Part shown: piece after piece, positions 29,001-41,460 of the stretch
Numbering within the stretch: position 1 is the first letter of the stretch
How the letters are laid out: each line of letters starts with the position of its first letter
Assembly (NCBI GenBank): GCA_043228905.1
Contig: JBHGNT010000004.1
Coordinates: 7,564,001 to 7,628,000 of the forward strand
Direction: 5' to 3'
Length of the DNA: 64,000 bases
Origin: Azolla caroliniana
Taxonomy: Eukaryota > Plantae > Polypodiophyta
The notes under the pieces: generated by a model
Databases searched by the model: none
The model's input: the letters and a program-made list of their open reading frames with translations, nothing else
Told to the model about the DNA's origin: nothing
Made by a program: the position numbers and the translations under genes

Positions 29001-29638
29001 AGATAGAAATTTCGTGAATCCCACGAGTGTATTGTATTCGATTAATCAATATTTAGATAAGAATATGTATTTAGATTGAAAGAAAGATATAAGAAACTTG
29101 TGAATCCCACAAGTATAGATTATATTATTTTCGTGAATCCCACGATTATATTAATCGGTTGGTGTTTTCGGAAATATATCCAATTTCCAAATATTTCACA
29201 CACAATTACATTGTGCTCCCCATCCTTATGTAGTGATGAGGAAGTCTTAGTAATCCATGCTTTTTCTCTAACTATAGACCCCATGCTTTTCCTATAGATA
29301 GACTATATGCTTTATCTAAAGTGATCATGCTTTTTTCTAACTTGTGCGTTTTTTATCATGCACGCTAGATGTGTATGTGTAGCTTTTTCTTTTGTTATGC
29401 GTTTTTCTAATGTTTATCCTAGCATGAATTTACCTTTCTACGTGGGACATCTATGCTTTAACACTAATGAAATGCTAGTGTAATGGTAAGACATTACATT
29501 ATTAACATGGAGGTGCAAGGTTCGAATCTTGCCCTATGCATGTTCCATTTATTTTGCTATTTTCTTCTATTTCTTCATTTTTTATTGAATCTAATACTAT
29601 ATACGTTTTTCACGTAGTGTACAAAATACACTACGACA
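26067..29638 (-). mobile_element. Element E: young non-autonomous gag-only LTR retrotransposon (756-bp LTRs 26067-26822 and 28883-29638)
   Basis: Near-identical TG..CA LTRs, 4-bp TSD ccgg, PBS 28861-28878 matching the plant tRNA-Trp 3' end, and a PPT-like tract at 26823-26841. Confidence 0.92.
26781..28844 (-). CDS. Gag-like protein of element E (~687 aa from the first ATG) with an acidic middle and a K/R-rich tail; no pol domains
   Basis: FNGNDVSCYLRDY..TWGSFEEAL resembles retrotransposon capsid. The ORF spans the whole internal region and stops inside the 3' LTR. Confidence 0.75.
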   Translation of the reverse strand: MENQQEAMSITMMMMFERMLQEQRVMSEITGAVKRLVQRNGQFNGNDVSCYLRDYKAEMIRCGIPEGLQVTSFNRVATNELQERIYKIRQQNSTWGSFEEALRETYDYKRSKGQDRRKFDEWVASEKTHRSATQAFLEFEHRLAQLSEREQRLVGEDKVLMFVKSIDRKERKDIGIELEDDDGTNGLTEDWAEVQRVCRRHDERKMRILSTTWSMKDGRLKTNDGADMKTEIQHDGATEEGVKQATLLSCERTMAKDKADNPSVEEDFGIQVSETSGEKGVSIIDVCIIDAVKESKEDLIEEVATKDDIESEVAMDESMADCHIETSPPLIPETPAVAIERQRETEETEGGGEKTNVEADEYDEEIAEKNAKGKTTKEGNTKDSCQQYLETSAVVSENQRETGETGDGGEEGKVGSRFGWKMIHPKFQSKRKCDNAEVGSTTGEARNTEHALRRIKKRVLWRIKKHALRREKKHALQPHEDRTTSTYQRTYVANNGKKCRKSNRTRQVKTKKRKQIRTKRKEKKPTRKSTESVKTDQPSPDRPNTNRKGSRTKRKTIRRDRIGSKLIRLNRKSEKKSRLMKKRKRARKDTTADDKDQAGHAKSERRLWWIGCRQWFGWKEWMCSKWRDKVNITREVEGTTSRQRNQSGRDRTEETNKHQQLRHIPEDVRVWRGECRSVFCTLREKRI

Positions 29639-32600
29639 CCGGTTCAAACGGTATACGGTTCCTGCTTGTACTCCCCCTCAAGCTTGGCAAGTTAGGGATC
29701 GTCAATCCAAGGTCTGACATGAATTGCCGAAGCTTGTCGGCTCCTAGGGCCTTGGTGAAGATGTGGGCTGTCTTAAGATTCGTGTTAATGTGTAGAAGAT
29801 CGACATTTCTGGCCTGAACATGCTCTCGAATGAAGTGGTAGTGCACTTCGATATGCTTTGTGTGTGCGTGGAACACTGGGTTCCGAGCCAGATATATATT
29901 GCTCATGTTGTCACAGTAAATGGGAGTCAGATCCTTGATGGTAACGCCCAGATCCTTCAAAATCCTCTTGAGCCATATGACTTCACATGCAACTACGACT
30001 GTGTCCTTGTATTCGGCCTCCGTACTCGAAAGTGCGACGATAGGCTGCTTCTTACTACTCCAAGATAGGAGGTCGATTGTCGATAAGCTCTGTCTCTGGC
30101 CAAGTCGGCATCCGTGTACCCCTCGAGTTGAATTGGTGTGGACGATGCGTAGAGAATGTCGTAATCCATTGTGCCACTCACGTATCGTAATACTTGCTTA
30201 GCGTGATTGAAATGGATATCTCAAGGGGTTTGCATGAATTGGCTAAGGAGGCCGACCAGATAGTTGAGGTCGGGTTGAGTGATTGTGAGATAGATGAGGC
30301 TCCCAATCAGTTGACGATATTGAGTCGGCTCGCACTCGTCTGTGCTGGAGTCAAGGTTTCGATCGAGAGGGGTTGCCACAGATTTACACTCAGTCATCCC
30401 GAACTTGTATAACAAGTTGAGGATGTAGTGCCGTTGAGAGATCATAATGCCGATCAGAATCCGAATTACTTCGATGCCTTGGAAGTGTCAGGAACAATAC
30501 TAAGACAAAGAAGGAATTAGTACTAAAAGATGAGGATTAGTACTAAGAGAGGTGTAGAACTCTTGAGAGAAGGAAAGAGTGAGTGAGAGAGAGAGTGATG
30601 ATAACAAAAGCTATATATTATGTGAAGAAAATATACAGTAGTAGCTAGGAGGCTTAAGACTGGCGTTGAACCGATTTGGTTCAAAATAATGCCTTGTGCC
30701 TCCTTATATAGTGTTTTCAGGAGTACTCCTAAAGTTTCTAGAATGTTCTAGAGAAACCTGGAATATACATCAATTTTCTATAGTGAAATAATAAATGAAA
30801 ATAATATCCTTCATATTACAATGTATAGTCTAATGGCAAGGGCTCGACCCATGTAACATAAGGTCATGGGTTCAAATCTTGCCATATCATGACACTATCC
30901 CCCCTTTAAAACAATGATTGACGACCCGGTTTGTTTAGATATTGATGATGGAAGTCTTCAAGAAGAGTACGAGCATTGATCACATTTTCTATTGGTTCCC
31001 AAGTACGGTCGCTGGGACTATATCCTAGCCAATCAACCAAATAGTAGAGCTTGTTGCGAACAATCTTGGAATCGAGGATGGCGGCAACCTCGTACTCAGG
31101 TCCATCTCCAAGTTCTCGATCGGGTGTGGAGGTGGTTTGATACGACCTAGGATATTGCTGTCTTGATAGGGTTATAGGAGAGAACTATGAAATATCGGAT
31201 GTATCCGTAGTTGAACACCGGGGATGATAACTCATATAAGCATAAAATGGTGTGACCTTAGTCGATGAGTGGACAGAGTTATTATACACAAATTCAGCGA
31301 AATGGAGAATATATGCCCACTCATCTTGATGATATCTTAGAAAACACCGAAGATATTGTTCCAACGTTTGAGTTGTTCGTTCTGCTTGTCCGTTTGTTTG
31401 CAGGTGGTAGCCGAAGGAGAGGTACAAATGACCTCGAGCATTTTGAAGAGGTGCTTCCAAAATTTCGAGACGAACTGGGGCCCATAGTCGCTGATGATAC
31501 TGTCGGGGAGGCCATGATGCCGACATACCTCACGCATGACAGTTTCGGTGGTTTCTTCACTAGTGATTTCCTTAGTACATGGCAGGAAATGTGCCATCTT
31601 CGTATATCGATCTACTACTGTCAAGATCACATTAAATCCCTTAGAGATTGGAAGATCTGTGATGAAATCTAGAGCAATGGATTGCCACGACTTGCTTGGA
31701 ATTGGTAATGGTTCCAATAAACCATATGGATGGTGCCTTGACATCTTTGCTCTGCAACATGTATCACATGTCCGAACATAATCTTTGACCAAACGTCACA
31801 TATGAGGCCACCAGAATGATCGTTGTACTAAATCTAACATTTTAGTATTACCAAAATGCCCAGCTATATATTTGTCATGAAAATTTTGGACTACTCGAAG
31901 GCGACAAGAACCATTAGGAACATACAAGAGCTTCTTAAAGAATAGTAATCCATCATGACATTCGAATTGTCGATAATCCGTACCTAGTTGTTGTGACTAT
32001 GAACAAGATTCCCGAGGGGGATCAATTTGTGCTAGAATGGCTTGAGCGAAAGCATTTGTCTTCAAGTCCTCATGTAGAGAATTGATAATGTGGGAATCTA
32101 ATGGCATATCAAAAACCCGCGTTGCTTGCAGTCGTGCCGGTCCCAAGATTACTTGCTTTTGGTTATCGAATGTTGGCTCACTGGGACGCGATGCTAGATA
32201 TGAGCGCCGCGATAACCCATCTGCCTTCCCTTGCTACTTCCCAGGACGATATGTAATTTTGAAGTCGAAACGAGTGAGGAATTGGGCCCACGGAGCTTGG
32301 CATCGATTTAATTCACGAGCATTCTGGAAGTAGGCAAGATTTTTGTGATCACTAAATATGGTGACTTGATGAGAAGATCCCTCTAGGAAATGCCTCCATT
32401 GCGTAAAAGAGTGGACACTATTGCTAATAGCTCTTTATCTTGAATTTCATAATTGATTTCGGTGGCGTTAAACTTGCGTGAGTGGAAAACCATAGGATGT
32501 AGCTTTTCATCATTGCCTTGTTGTGAAAGAATGCTACCCAAGGCGAAATCCGAAATGCCTACCTCAATGATGAATGGTTTTGCCGGATCAACATGAGCTA

Positions 32601-35600
32601 GAATAGGAGCTGATGTAAATGCCTTCTTAAGACTCTCAAAAGCCATGTCCGCTTCTTTAGACCAAACAAATGACTGCCCCCCCTCTTGGTAAGTTGTGTG
32701 AAAGGTAGAATAAGCTTTGAGTAATCTTGTATAAACTTGCGGTAGAAATTTGCAAAGCCTAAAAACCATTGCACATCTTGCAATGAACGTGGAGTCTGCC
32801 ACTCTACCACAATTTTGACCTTAGCTGGATCCATAGAGATGCCTTCTGAGGAGATGACATAGGCCAAAAATTCCACCTGGTTGCACTCGAAGCTACATTT
32901 TTCTAGTTTTGCATAAAGACCATGTTCTCGAAGCCATTTTAGTACTAACAGTACATGAGAATCATGCTCTTCTTGGGTCTTCGAATAAACTAGTAGATCA
33001 TCCAAATAGATGATCAAATAAACATCCAAGAGATCTCGGAATATATCATTTGCCATGTGTTGGAAGACTGTTGGTGCATTAGTGAGACCGAATGGCATGC
33101 CCGTATACTCGAAGTGCCCATATTTGGTGCGGAACACAGTCTTCCATTCAACTCCTGATCGGATCCGTATGAGGTTATATGCTCCTCGTAAGTCGATCTT
33201 TGTGAAGAACCTTGCACCATTGATCCATTCTAAAAGACTTGAGATAAGGGGAAGTGCTTACCTATTCCTGATGGTGACCTTTTTCAAGCCGCGATAGTCT
33301 ACGACGAGACGAAGTGATCCATCCCTTTTCTTGACGAAGAAAATGGGTGCGTCGGCTAGAGATTTTGAATGTCGAATGAAACTGTTTGCGAAATTCTCCT
33401 CTATATAGGCTCGAAGGACTTCTAGCTCAATTGGTGACAAATTGTAGATAGGTCCCCATGGTGGCTCTTTTCCCAATTTTAAATCGATGGGGCAATCATA
33501 CGGTTGGTAGTGAGGAAGCGTATTGGCTTGTACCTTATCGAACACATCGACATACTAACGATACTTCTCTGGAAGTTGAACTGTGGATTCCTCTTTAGTA
33601 GTGTTAGAAGGTTTTACTCATACCGTGAAGACAAACACTGCTTCCTTGCGTCCTTCCTCGTGCAGTTGATGTAGAGAAATGGTTGCAATCTTATGAGTAG
33701 ATCCTCGGATTTGCCGATACCAGATTTCTCTCGTTCTCTAATCTATGTCTGGGTCATGTAATTCGAACCAGGGTAACCCTAAGACAATTGGATGATCTGG
33801 ACTACTAATTATATTAAATGATACTACACACACCAAGTTATCTAGGACAACTTGAATCGGCTTTGACTCTACGATTTTTCCGGAAGCAATGGGACGACCA
33901 TCAATAACTACTACAAATGCTAGGCAAGAAAGTTTTCTTAGGGATATCTAATGAGCTTGGGCAAAATTCCTATCCATGAAGCAAGAGTTGGCTCCGGAAT
34001 CTTAAAGTGCTAAGACATGTACTAGAGGAGTACTTTTAGTACTAACCATTACTTGAGCTAAGAACACATTGCTAACTTGCGTAGAGGAAATGGAGTTCCA
34101 CTAATGGGTTGCACAAATCTAGGGTTGTCCAACTAAACAACGCCTATTTTGGCTGGACTTAATCGTTTAACTCGTCTTCTAGTTAACTAAGGATTTCAAT
34201 TTTTTTTGAAAGGCTTGGGCTATTAGGACTATCGAACACACCTAGAGAAATAGACTCGGGTTTAGTACTGTTAGTACTAGCGGTTATTTGATTTACCTGC
34301 CTTCTTGGCCGATGGGGACAATTCACTGCAATATGCCCTGGTCCACCGCAATAAAGGCATAATTGATTTGCCCGACGTCGCTGCTTTTCTTCTTCCGATA
34401 GTGGTTCATGGCAATGTGTGGTGTCGATTTCCATTGGAATCGGAGTATTTGTTGGAGACATATTAAATGACTCCCTTGGGAAAGGCTTTGCTACACTTGA
34501 AGCGTAGGTGGAAACTGACATTTCGAATGTCGTTCGAAAAGGCGGTTATCACATCGTACTGGGCGACTGATTGCTTCTCTCAATGACTTTTGTTCTTCGG
34601 GAAAGTCAAGAGTAAATCCTTGACATCGTTACGTAGGGCATAACGAAATTGCTCCATTAATGCTTGATCATCCCAAGGGATATCAGGGGCGAGTAGACGG
34701 AAATCTACAACATATTCGGAGGCTGGACGGTCACCTTGACATAACTGTCGGATTTTGTTGATTGTTGTCCTTATGCTATCAGTATCTCCAAAACAAGCTT
34801 TAAACTCACTTATAAACTCTTCAAAATTGTTTAGTAATGGAGATTCCTTTTCTAACAACGGAGTGAACTATGCCAAAGTCGAGCAACTTAACAACGTGCC
34901 TATTAAACCCACTCGTGATGCATCGGTGGGATATCAGGAAGGATGCTTTTGAATGACTAATCGTGCCTGATTAAGGAATCGTCTAAATTGTGATCGCGTT
35001 CCATTAAATTTCATAGGAAGGACGATCTTGGGTTCTTTATAAATCCCTTGCATACTTGGTCCTTGTTGTTGCAACGCTACAATGGTCGCTTCGAGTTGTT
35101 GCACGCGTAACACTAGTTCCCCATGTTGTTGTTGTGTTTGCTGCTTCTCTAAGGAGATTTGTTGAAGATTTCCCAACAGTCGTTGATTTTCTTGTTCCAA
35201 TGCAAGAAAATTCTCTATCAAGCATTGCAACTCCGAGAAAACGGATTGATATTCTTGAGCGCTAACAATGGCCATAGTATGAGAGAAAAGAGGGAATTAT
35301 AAGAGATTAGTATGAAGGGAGGGAGAAGTAAGAAGATAATAGAAAAAGGAGGAAGGAGACCAAAAATCGGTTCAAACTGTCAGGAAGAGTACTAAGATAG
35401 AGAAGGAATTAGTACTAAAAGATGAGGATTCATACTAAGAGAGGTGTAGAACTCTCGAGAGAAGGAAAGAGTGATAGATAGATAGATTATATTGTCGTCT
35501 TCGGAGGTCAAATATGACCTATGAGACCAAAAATATTACATTTCACGTGATACGTGTGAAAGTGAGTAGTGACTCTCGATGTTCAAGAACTTTACCAATG

Positions 35601-36235
35601 AATGTTGCAATCGAGAGTGCACATTGTGGTTGTGAGAGGAATTCATGCAAGGATTGGGCTCGATCAAAGAGATGTGGAAAGCATGGTCTAATATGATCAA
35701 AGGCAGAGCATTGTATCAAAGTGTGATACTCAAACTCACGAACTTGTTTAGGGCAAAGTGTGCATAGCCGACCACTCTCATCACTTGTGTCCCAATGCCC
35801 TGTTTCACATCGCAATGCATGTGAGCTAAGTCGCATGGAAGCAATGGTTCGAATGGCAGATAACGGTATGGGCTCTAACATGTATCGATGTGTACGATTT
35901 CACCGTTCCGCAAAGAATATGGTTTTGTAGTTAGGTGCAACATGTGTAGTATAATGTGTGAAGCGCGAGTCTCCACATTTGTCCCATGTCATGATACATT
36001 GGCATTGCAAAAAGGGCTCATTTACAGAGGAATCTAATGATGCATCATGAAGCAAGTGTCTCGCATCCCATCTACCAAACCATTTTTCTATATCTTGCAT
36101 CCAACCAGAACACAAAATTTTGCTTTTATGCGTCTTTTGGATCTTTTTGCTTGCTTCCCACGCAATTCTAGGAAGTCGATGTGAGGGACATTTTTGAACC
36201 TTAAGCATGTATTCAAAAACCTTTTCCATGTCCAT

Positions 36236-36774
36236 GATCTCAATGGGAAGCGATCCCGTCTCAAGGAGGAGGAGAGTGTAGGGCGTTTGTTTCTTAACTT
36301 GTAGAAACTTTGTAAGAAAATGTTTTCGGACATTTTCAAACTCTTTCCACATAGATTTAGGGATGCTACCGCCCCATACTTCCACCCCATAGAGAAGAAC
36401 CGGTGTCACCAATGTGTCGAAAAGATATTTCTTGAGGACCCAACACTTAATATCTCCAAGATTGCATGTGTTCTCAAATGCATAGTATGCTCAATGATCT
36501 CAATGGGAAGCGATCCTGTCTCAAGGAGGAGGAGAGTGTAGGGCGTTTGTTTCTTAACTTGTAGAAACTTTGTAAGAAAATGTTTTCGGACATTTTCAAA
36601 CTCTTTCCACATAGATTTAGGGATGCTACCGCCCCATACTTCCACCCCATAGAGAAGAACCGGTGTCACCAATGTGTCGAAAAGCTATTTCTTGAGGACC
36701 CAACACTTAATATCTCCAAGATTGCATGTGTTCTCAAATGCATAGTATGCTCGATGATCTCAGTGGGAAGCGAT
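36236..36774. repeat. 260-bp tandem duplication within the LINE
   Basis: ORFs starting MVTPVLLYGVEVWG at 36412 and 36672. The motif gatctca(a/g)tgggaagcgat recurs at 260-bp spacing three times. Confidence 0.9.
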
Positions 36775-39700
36775 AACACATCATCTTTCCGGCAAGAGAT
36801 AACTCATATAAATTCTTACAATGCAGAGACAAGTCGTGAAGAGTTAAGTCACCAAAACTCTCAACGCGTTTCCCCTTTAGATTTCCCCAAAATTTAGCAC
36901 ATGCATGTGCTTTCTCTTGCGTTTGGATAAAATGTTGAGTAACTTCCCATATTCTTCTCTTTCTTTGAATAAACCTTTTTGTAAACGATTACTTGCGGAA
37001 GCGTTAGAAAACAGAGAAAGTAGGGAGTACGCGGGAGAGACAAAGAGAGCAAAACGTAAAAGCTATATTTTAAAACGATATAATTACTCTGTACATACAA
37101 CTATGCTCAGTAGCATTATTTATACAAGTCCTCGTGGGACTGACAGAAGTATCGCGTACTTCAATGCTCACACGAGCATCTGACACTTACTACGAGACTA
37201 TAATTGCCTAGTAGTCTACACTAATACTAGGCTTCCGGTTACTGATTGGATTCGGCTAACCGGCTCCCCAGCTCACCGACTCTGTTGCTTGCCGGCTCGG
37301 TTGCTCACAGCTTACCGATCCATCTCGCTTGCCGGCTCAGGCTTATTCAACCGATCCGGCTCTAGTTGAGTTTGCCGCTCAACACTCCCCCTCAAGCTCA
37401 ACTTGAGGTTGGATCCTAGTGTCAGTCTCTGTGGCAGTCGGTTCTTCCAACCGACTTCTCCTGGCGTCGCCCCGCCTTGCTCGCGCTCCTCGTCCGGTCC
37501 GGTTTTGTTTGCCGCGACCCCTCTTGTTTTGCGCGCCTCGATCTGCTCGGTCGGTATGTCTGCTCAATAGGCCCCTCTCAGCTCCTTCGCTGCTATGAAT
37601 CCGGTGCTTGCCGATTCGTCGGTTCCTCCGTGATGGCATCGACTTCCGCTGCATCCGTGTCTACTTGGCCTTGAATTGATCCAGTCCTTCCGAATCTGTC
37701 TGTTGAACCGAATCGATTGTCTCCGATTCGTTCCAGCTCTTGTTCGAATCGGTTGCTCCCGATTCGTCTTTTGGTTCCAAGCCCTTCACCACATCGGACC
37801 ATGTCCGGGTCTTGGCCTTCTTCCTTCGGTCGGCTTTGTCCTTCTTGACTCTGCCGCCTTCTGTTCTTCCCTCATCGGCGCAATCGGTAGTCTCTTTGCC
37901 TTTGCCCGTTCCGGTGTCTTTGCCCGTTCTCCCCCTCAAGTGTGGCACGTCGAGATGCTGAACACCAAGCATTTTGGTGAAGTGTTGCAACTTGTCTGAG
38001 CCGAGTGGTTTGGTGAAGATGTCGGCAACTTGCCGATCCGTGTGAACATACCGAAGTTCGACCTCACCGCTCAAGACACGTTCATGCACGAAGTGATAGT
38101 GCACTTCTATGTGTTTTGTGCGAGCATGGAATACGGGGTTCTTGGCGAGTTGCATGCTACTTATGTCGTCGCAGTAGACCAGAATCGGGGTCGGTACCTC
38201 GATCCGTAAGTCTTGCAGCAGTCGCCGAAGCCAAATGGCTTCACAGGTGGCAATGGTAGCGTCCTGATACTCAGCCTCAGTGCTCGACAGAGCAACTGAT
38301 GGCTGCTTTTTGCTGCTCCACGCAACAGCCGCGCTACCTAGAGAAAACATGTAACCATGCTACCTAGAGAAATCTGATGCATCGCTGGCCCAGTCGGCAT
38401 CCGTGTAGCCGACGAGCTCTTCGGTTATACCTCGTCGGTAAAATAGTCCCCGGTCCTTGGTGCCGCTAACATACCGCAATATCCGTTGCACGCACTGAAT
38501 GTGCTCCACGGTCCGCTTCTGTATGAACTGACTTATCATTCCGACCGGATAGCTGATGTCGGGTCGCGTGATAGTCAAGTAAATAAGGCTTCCGACAATT
38601 TGTCGTAACCGTTGGTTGTTGCAGGCCGGTCCGGAGTTGGGACGAAGCTTCTGGTTCCGGTCCAAGGGTGTGGATACAGGTCGACATTCTGTCATGCTGA
38701 ACTTGTACAACATATTCAAGACGTAATGTCGTTGTGAGAGCAATATGCCATCCGGGGTTCGGATCACCTCGATCCCTAGAAAATAATGAAGGTCCCCCAA
38801 ATCCTTCATCTCAAATGCGTCCGATAACTGGGACTTGACGCGGTTGAGTTTTGGAACACCCGGTCCCGTGATGACTAGATCATCAACATACAACAGTATA
38901 CATACCGGACCGGATCGGCCTTGCTGGATGAACAATGAAGAGTCAAATTTGGAGGCCACAAACCCCATCTTACGCAACCGGTGCGTGATCTTCGCATTCC
39001 AAGTTCGAGGGGCTTGCTTCAGGCCGTACAACGACTTCTTCAGCCTGCATACCGCCGATTTGTTCATCTCCGATTGAAAATCGGGAGGCTGAGTCATGAA
39101 GACTTCTTCTTCAAGATCACCTTGAAGAAATGCATTCTTCACATCCATCTGATGAAGATGCCACCCCCTTGCCGTAGCAACCGCCAGCACCACTCGAACC
39201 ATCGTCATCTTCGCTACAGGAGCGAAGGTCTCATCGTAGTCGATTCCGTGGGTCTGCGCATATTCCTTTGCCACTAACCGGGCCTTGTACCAGTTAACTG
39301 AACCGTCGACGTTGTACTTTACTTTGTATATCCACTTGCATCCGATCGGTTTATAGTGACGAGGAGGGTCAACCAGGTCCCATGTTTTGTATATCCACTT
39401 GCATCAAGTGCCTGCATTTCGTCCTCCATAGCAGCACGCCAATTTGCGTCCTTGGCCGCTTCTGCGTAGCTCTCCGGCTCACGCACTTCCGCCACCTTAG
39501 TCATGTACGCATAGTGATGCACCATGTACTCATTGTACCCGTACCGCTTGACGGGATCCTTCTAGCGGGTGGACCAGCGTAACTCACCGTTACCCGGTTT
39601 GAGGCCCTTCTTGGCCGGTTTGGTCTTCGTTGCCGAAGATCCGCCTTTCTCGTTGCCGGAGTCGGATGTACACCGATCCGAGTCATCGTTGGTGGATTCG

Positions 39701-41460
39701 AATTCCTGCATCTTCTTCTTCCCCTTCTCTTTGCGCATGAACCGTCTCCTCGGTTCCTTGCGCGGGGAGTGCACGGCAGAGTCTCCACTACTCACTGGTT
39801 CCTCATCGGACTGGTCAGATTGACTCAGTCTCTCGTTCGGCCCACTCAACCGGAACGATTCCGGACTCTCATCTTGAGTCCACGCTTCATCATCCTCTAC
39901 CTGGGCCGGTTCAGGATCAATAGCCTCATCCACCGGCATTGGGTCAGATTTGGAAGTTGGAGTCGGTAAGGAGTACCACGATGCCGATTTGTCAAACTCG
40001 ACATCTCGACTAATTCGGACCTACTTTGTCCGGGGGTTATAACACTTATAACCCTTTTGGTCTTGAGCATAGCCGACTAGGATACATTTTTCCGATTTTG
40101 CATCCAGCTTCCTCCGCTTCTCATCCGGTACATGCACAAATGCAATGCTACCGAAGATCTTAAGGTGTCTCAAATTCAACTTCCACCCGAAATACAGCTC
40201 GTGAGCTGACACCTTGTCACCGATCCGGTTTTGGATGTAGACATCCATTCGGACTGCCTCCACCCAGTAGAATTTGGGCATGCTCTTCTCCTCCAGCATT
40301 GCCCTTGCCGCATCGATAAGAGACCGATTCTTCCTCTCGGCAACACCGTTCTGTTGCAGTGTGTATCTGCAGCTGAAATCTCGCCGAATTCCTGTTTGCT
40401 GTAGATAACTGTTGAATTGGCCGGAAAAGTATTCTTTCCCGCCATCCGACCGCAGGCATTTGATCTTCCTCTCCGATTCCCATTCCACCATGCTTTGGAG
40501 ACTCCGGAAGCACTCGAAGACTTCACTCTTACGCTCAATGAGGTAGATCCATGTGTGCCGCGTAAAGTCGTCGATGAAGGAGACGAAGTATTGACTCCCG
40601 CCAAGACTAACACTTTATGCCGGTCCCCACACATCCGAATGGATTAGGTCGAGCTTGTTATGGCTCCACTTACGTTCGGTAGGGAATGGATGCCGGTGTT
40701 GCTTCCCGAGTTGGCAGGCTTCACATACTTGGGCCTTCCGACCGCTGAATTTTGGCAAACCGAAAACAACTTGTTTTGTTTGCAGGTCTTGAAGCCTCCG
40801 ATAATTGACATGGCCTATCCGCTTGTGCCACAGGTCGATGTCCGATTTGACCTTCTGTCCTTTTGCAAATAGAGCGGTGCCGACGTCATTGGTGTCGAGG
40901 ATAAACATCCTCTCGTCTCTGCGCCCTTGCGCAATAATTTGGCCCTCTTCCTCGATGAAGCACACGAGGTGCATAAACCGATCTGCATCCCCTGGTCGAC
41001 TATCTATCTGACCGACACCAGGTTCTTCGTGATTGTCGGAACGTGTAATACGTTCATTAGCTTCCCCTTCTGTCCGACATGGCTCAAAGGGACTTCTCCG
41101 ACGTGCATGATTGGGTGAGGAGTGTCGTCTCCGGTTTCGACTACTCATGGTTGATCCAGTTTTTCCAAAAAGGAGAACCACTCTTTGTGGCGCGACGCAC
41201 CGTAGTCAACATACCAGACTTCCTCCGATTTGGAAGTGGTCTTCTTCATCGAGTTTGCCTCGTGCTTCATCACCAAGGCTGGCCCGTTACTGTTCTTGGA
41301 TCCTCTCGATCCCTTCGCGTAGTGCGAGCTTTGCCGGCCATCCTTGCCGGCCTTGCCAGACCTGGATTTGTCTGAATCGGCAAAAACTTTTGCCACAAGA
41401 CCAACATTCCGTTGCTGACCTCTCTTGCCGTCTTCCAGTGTCGCCATGACTCCCCCTACC

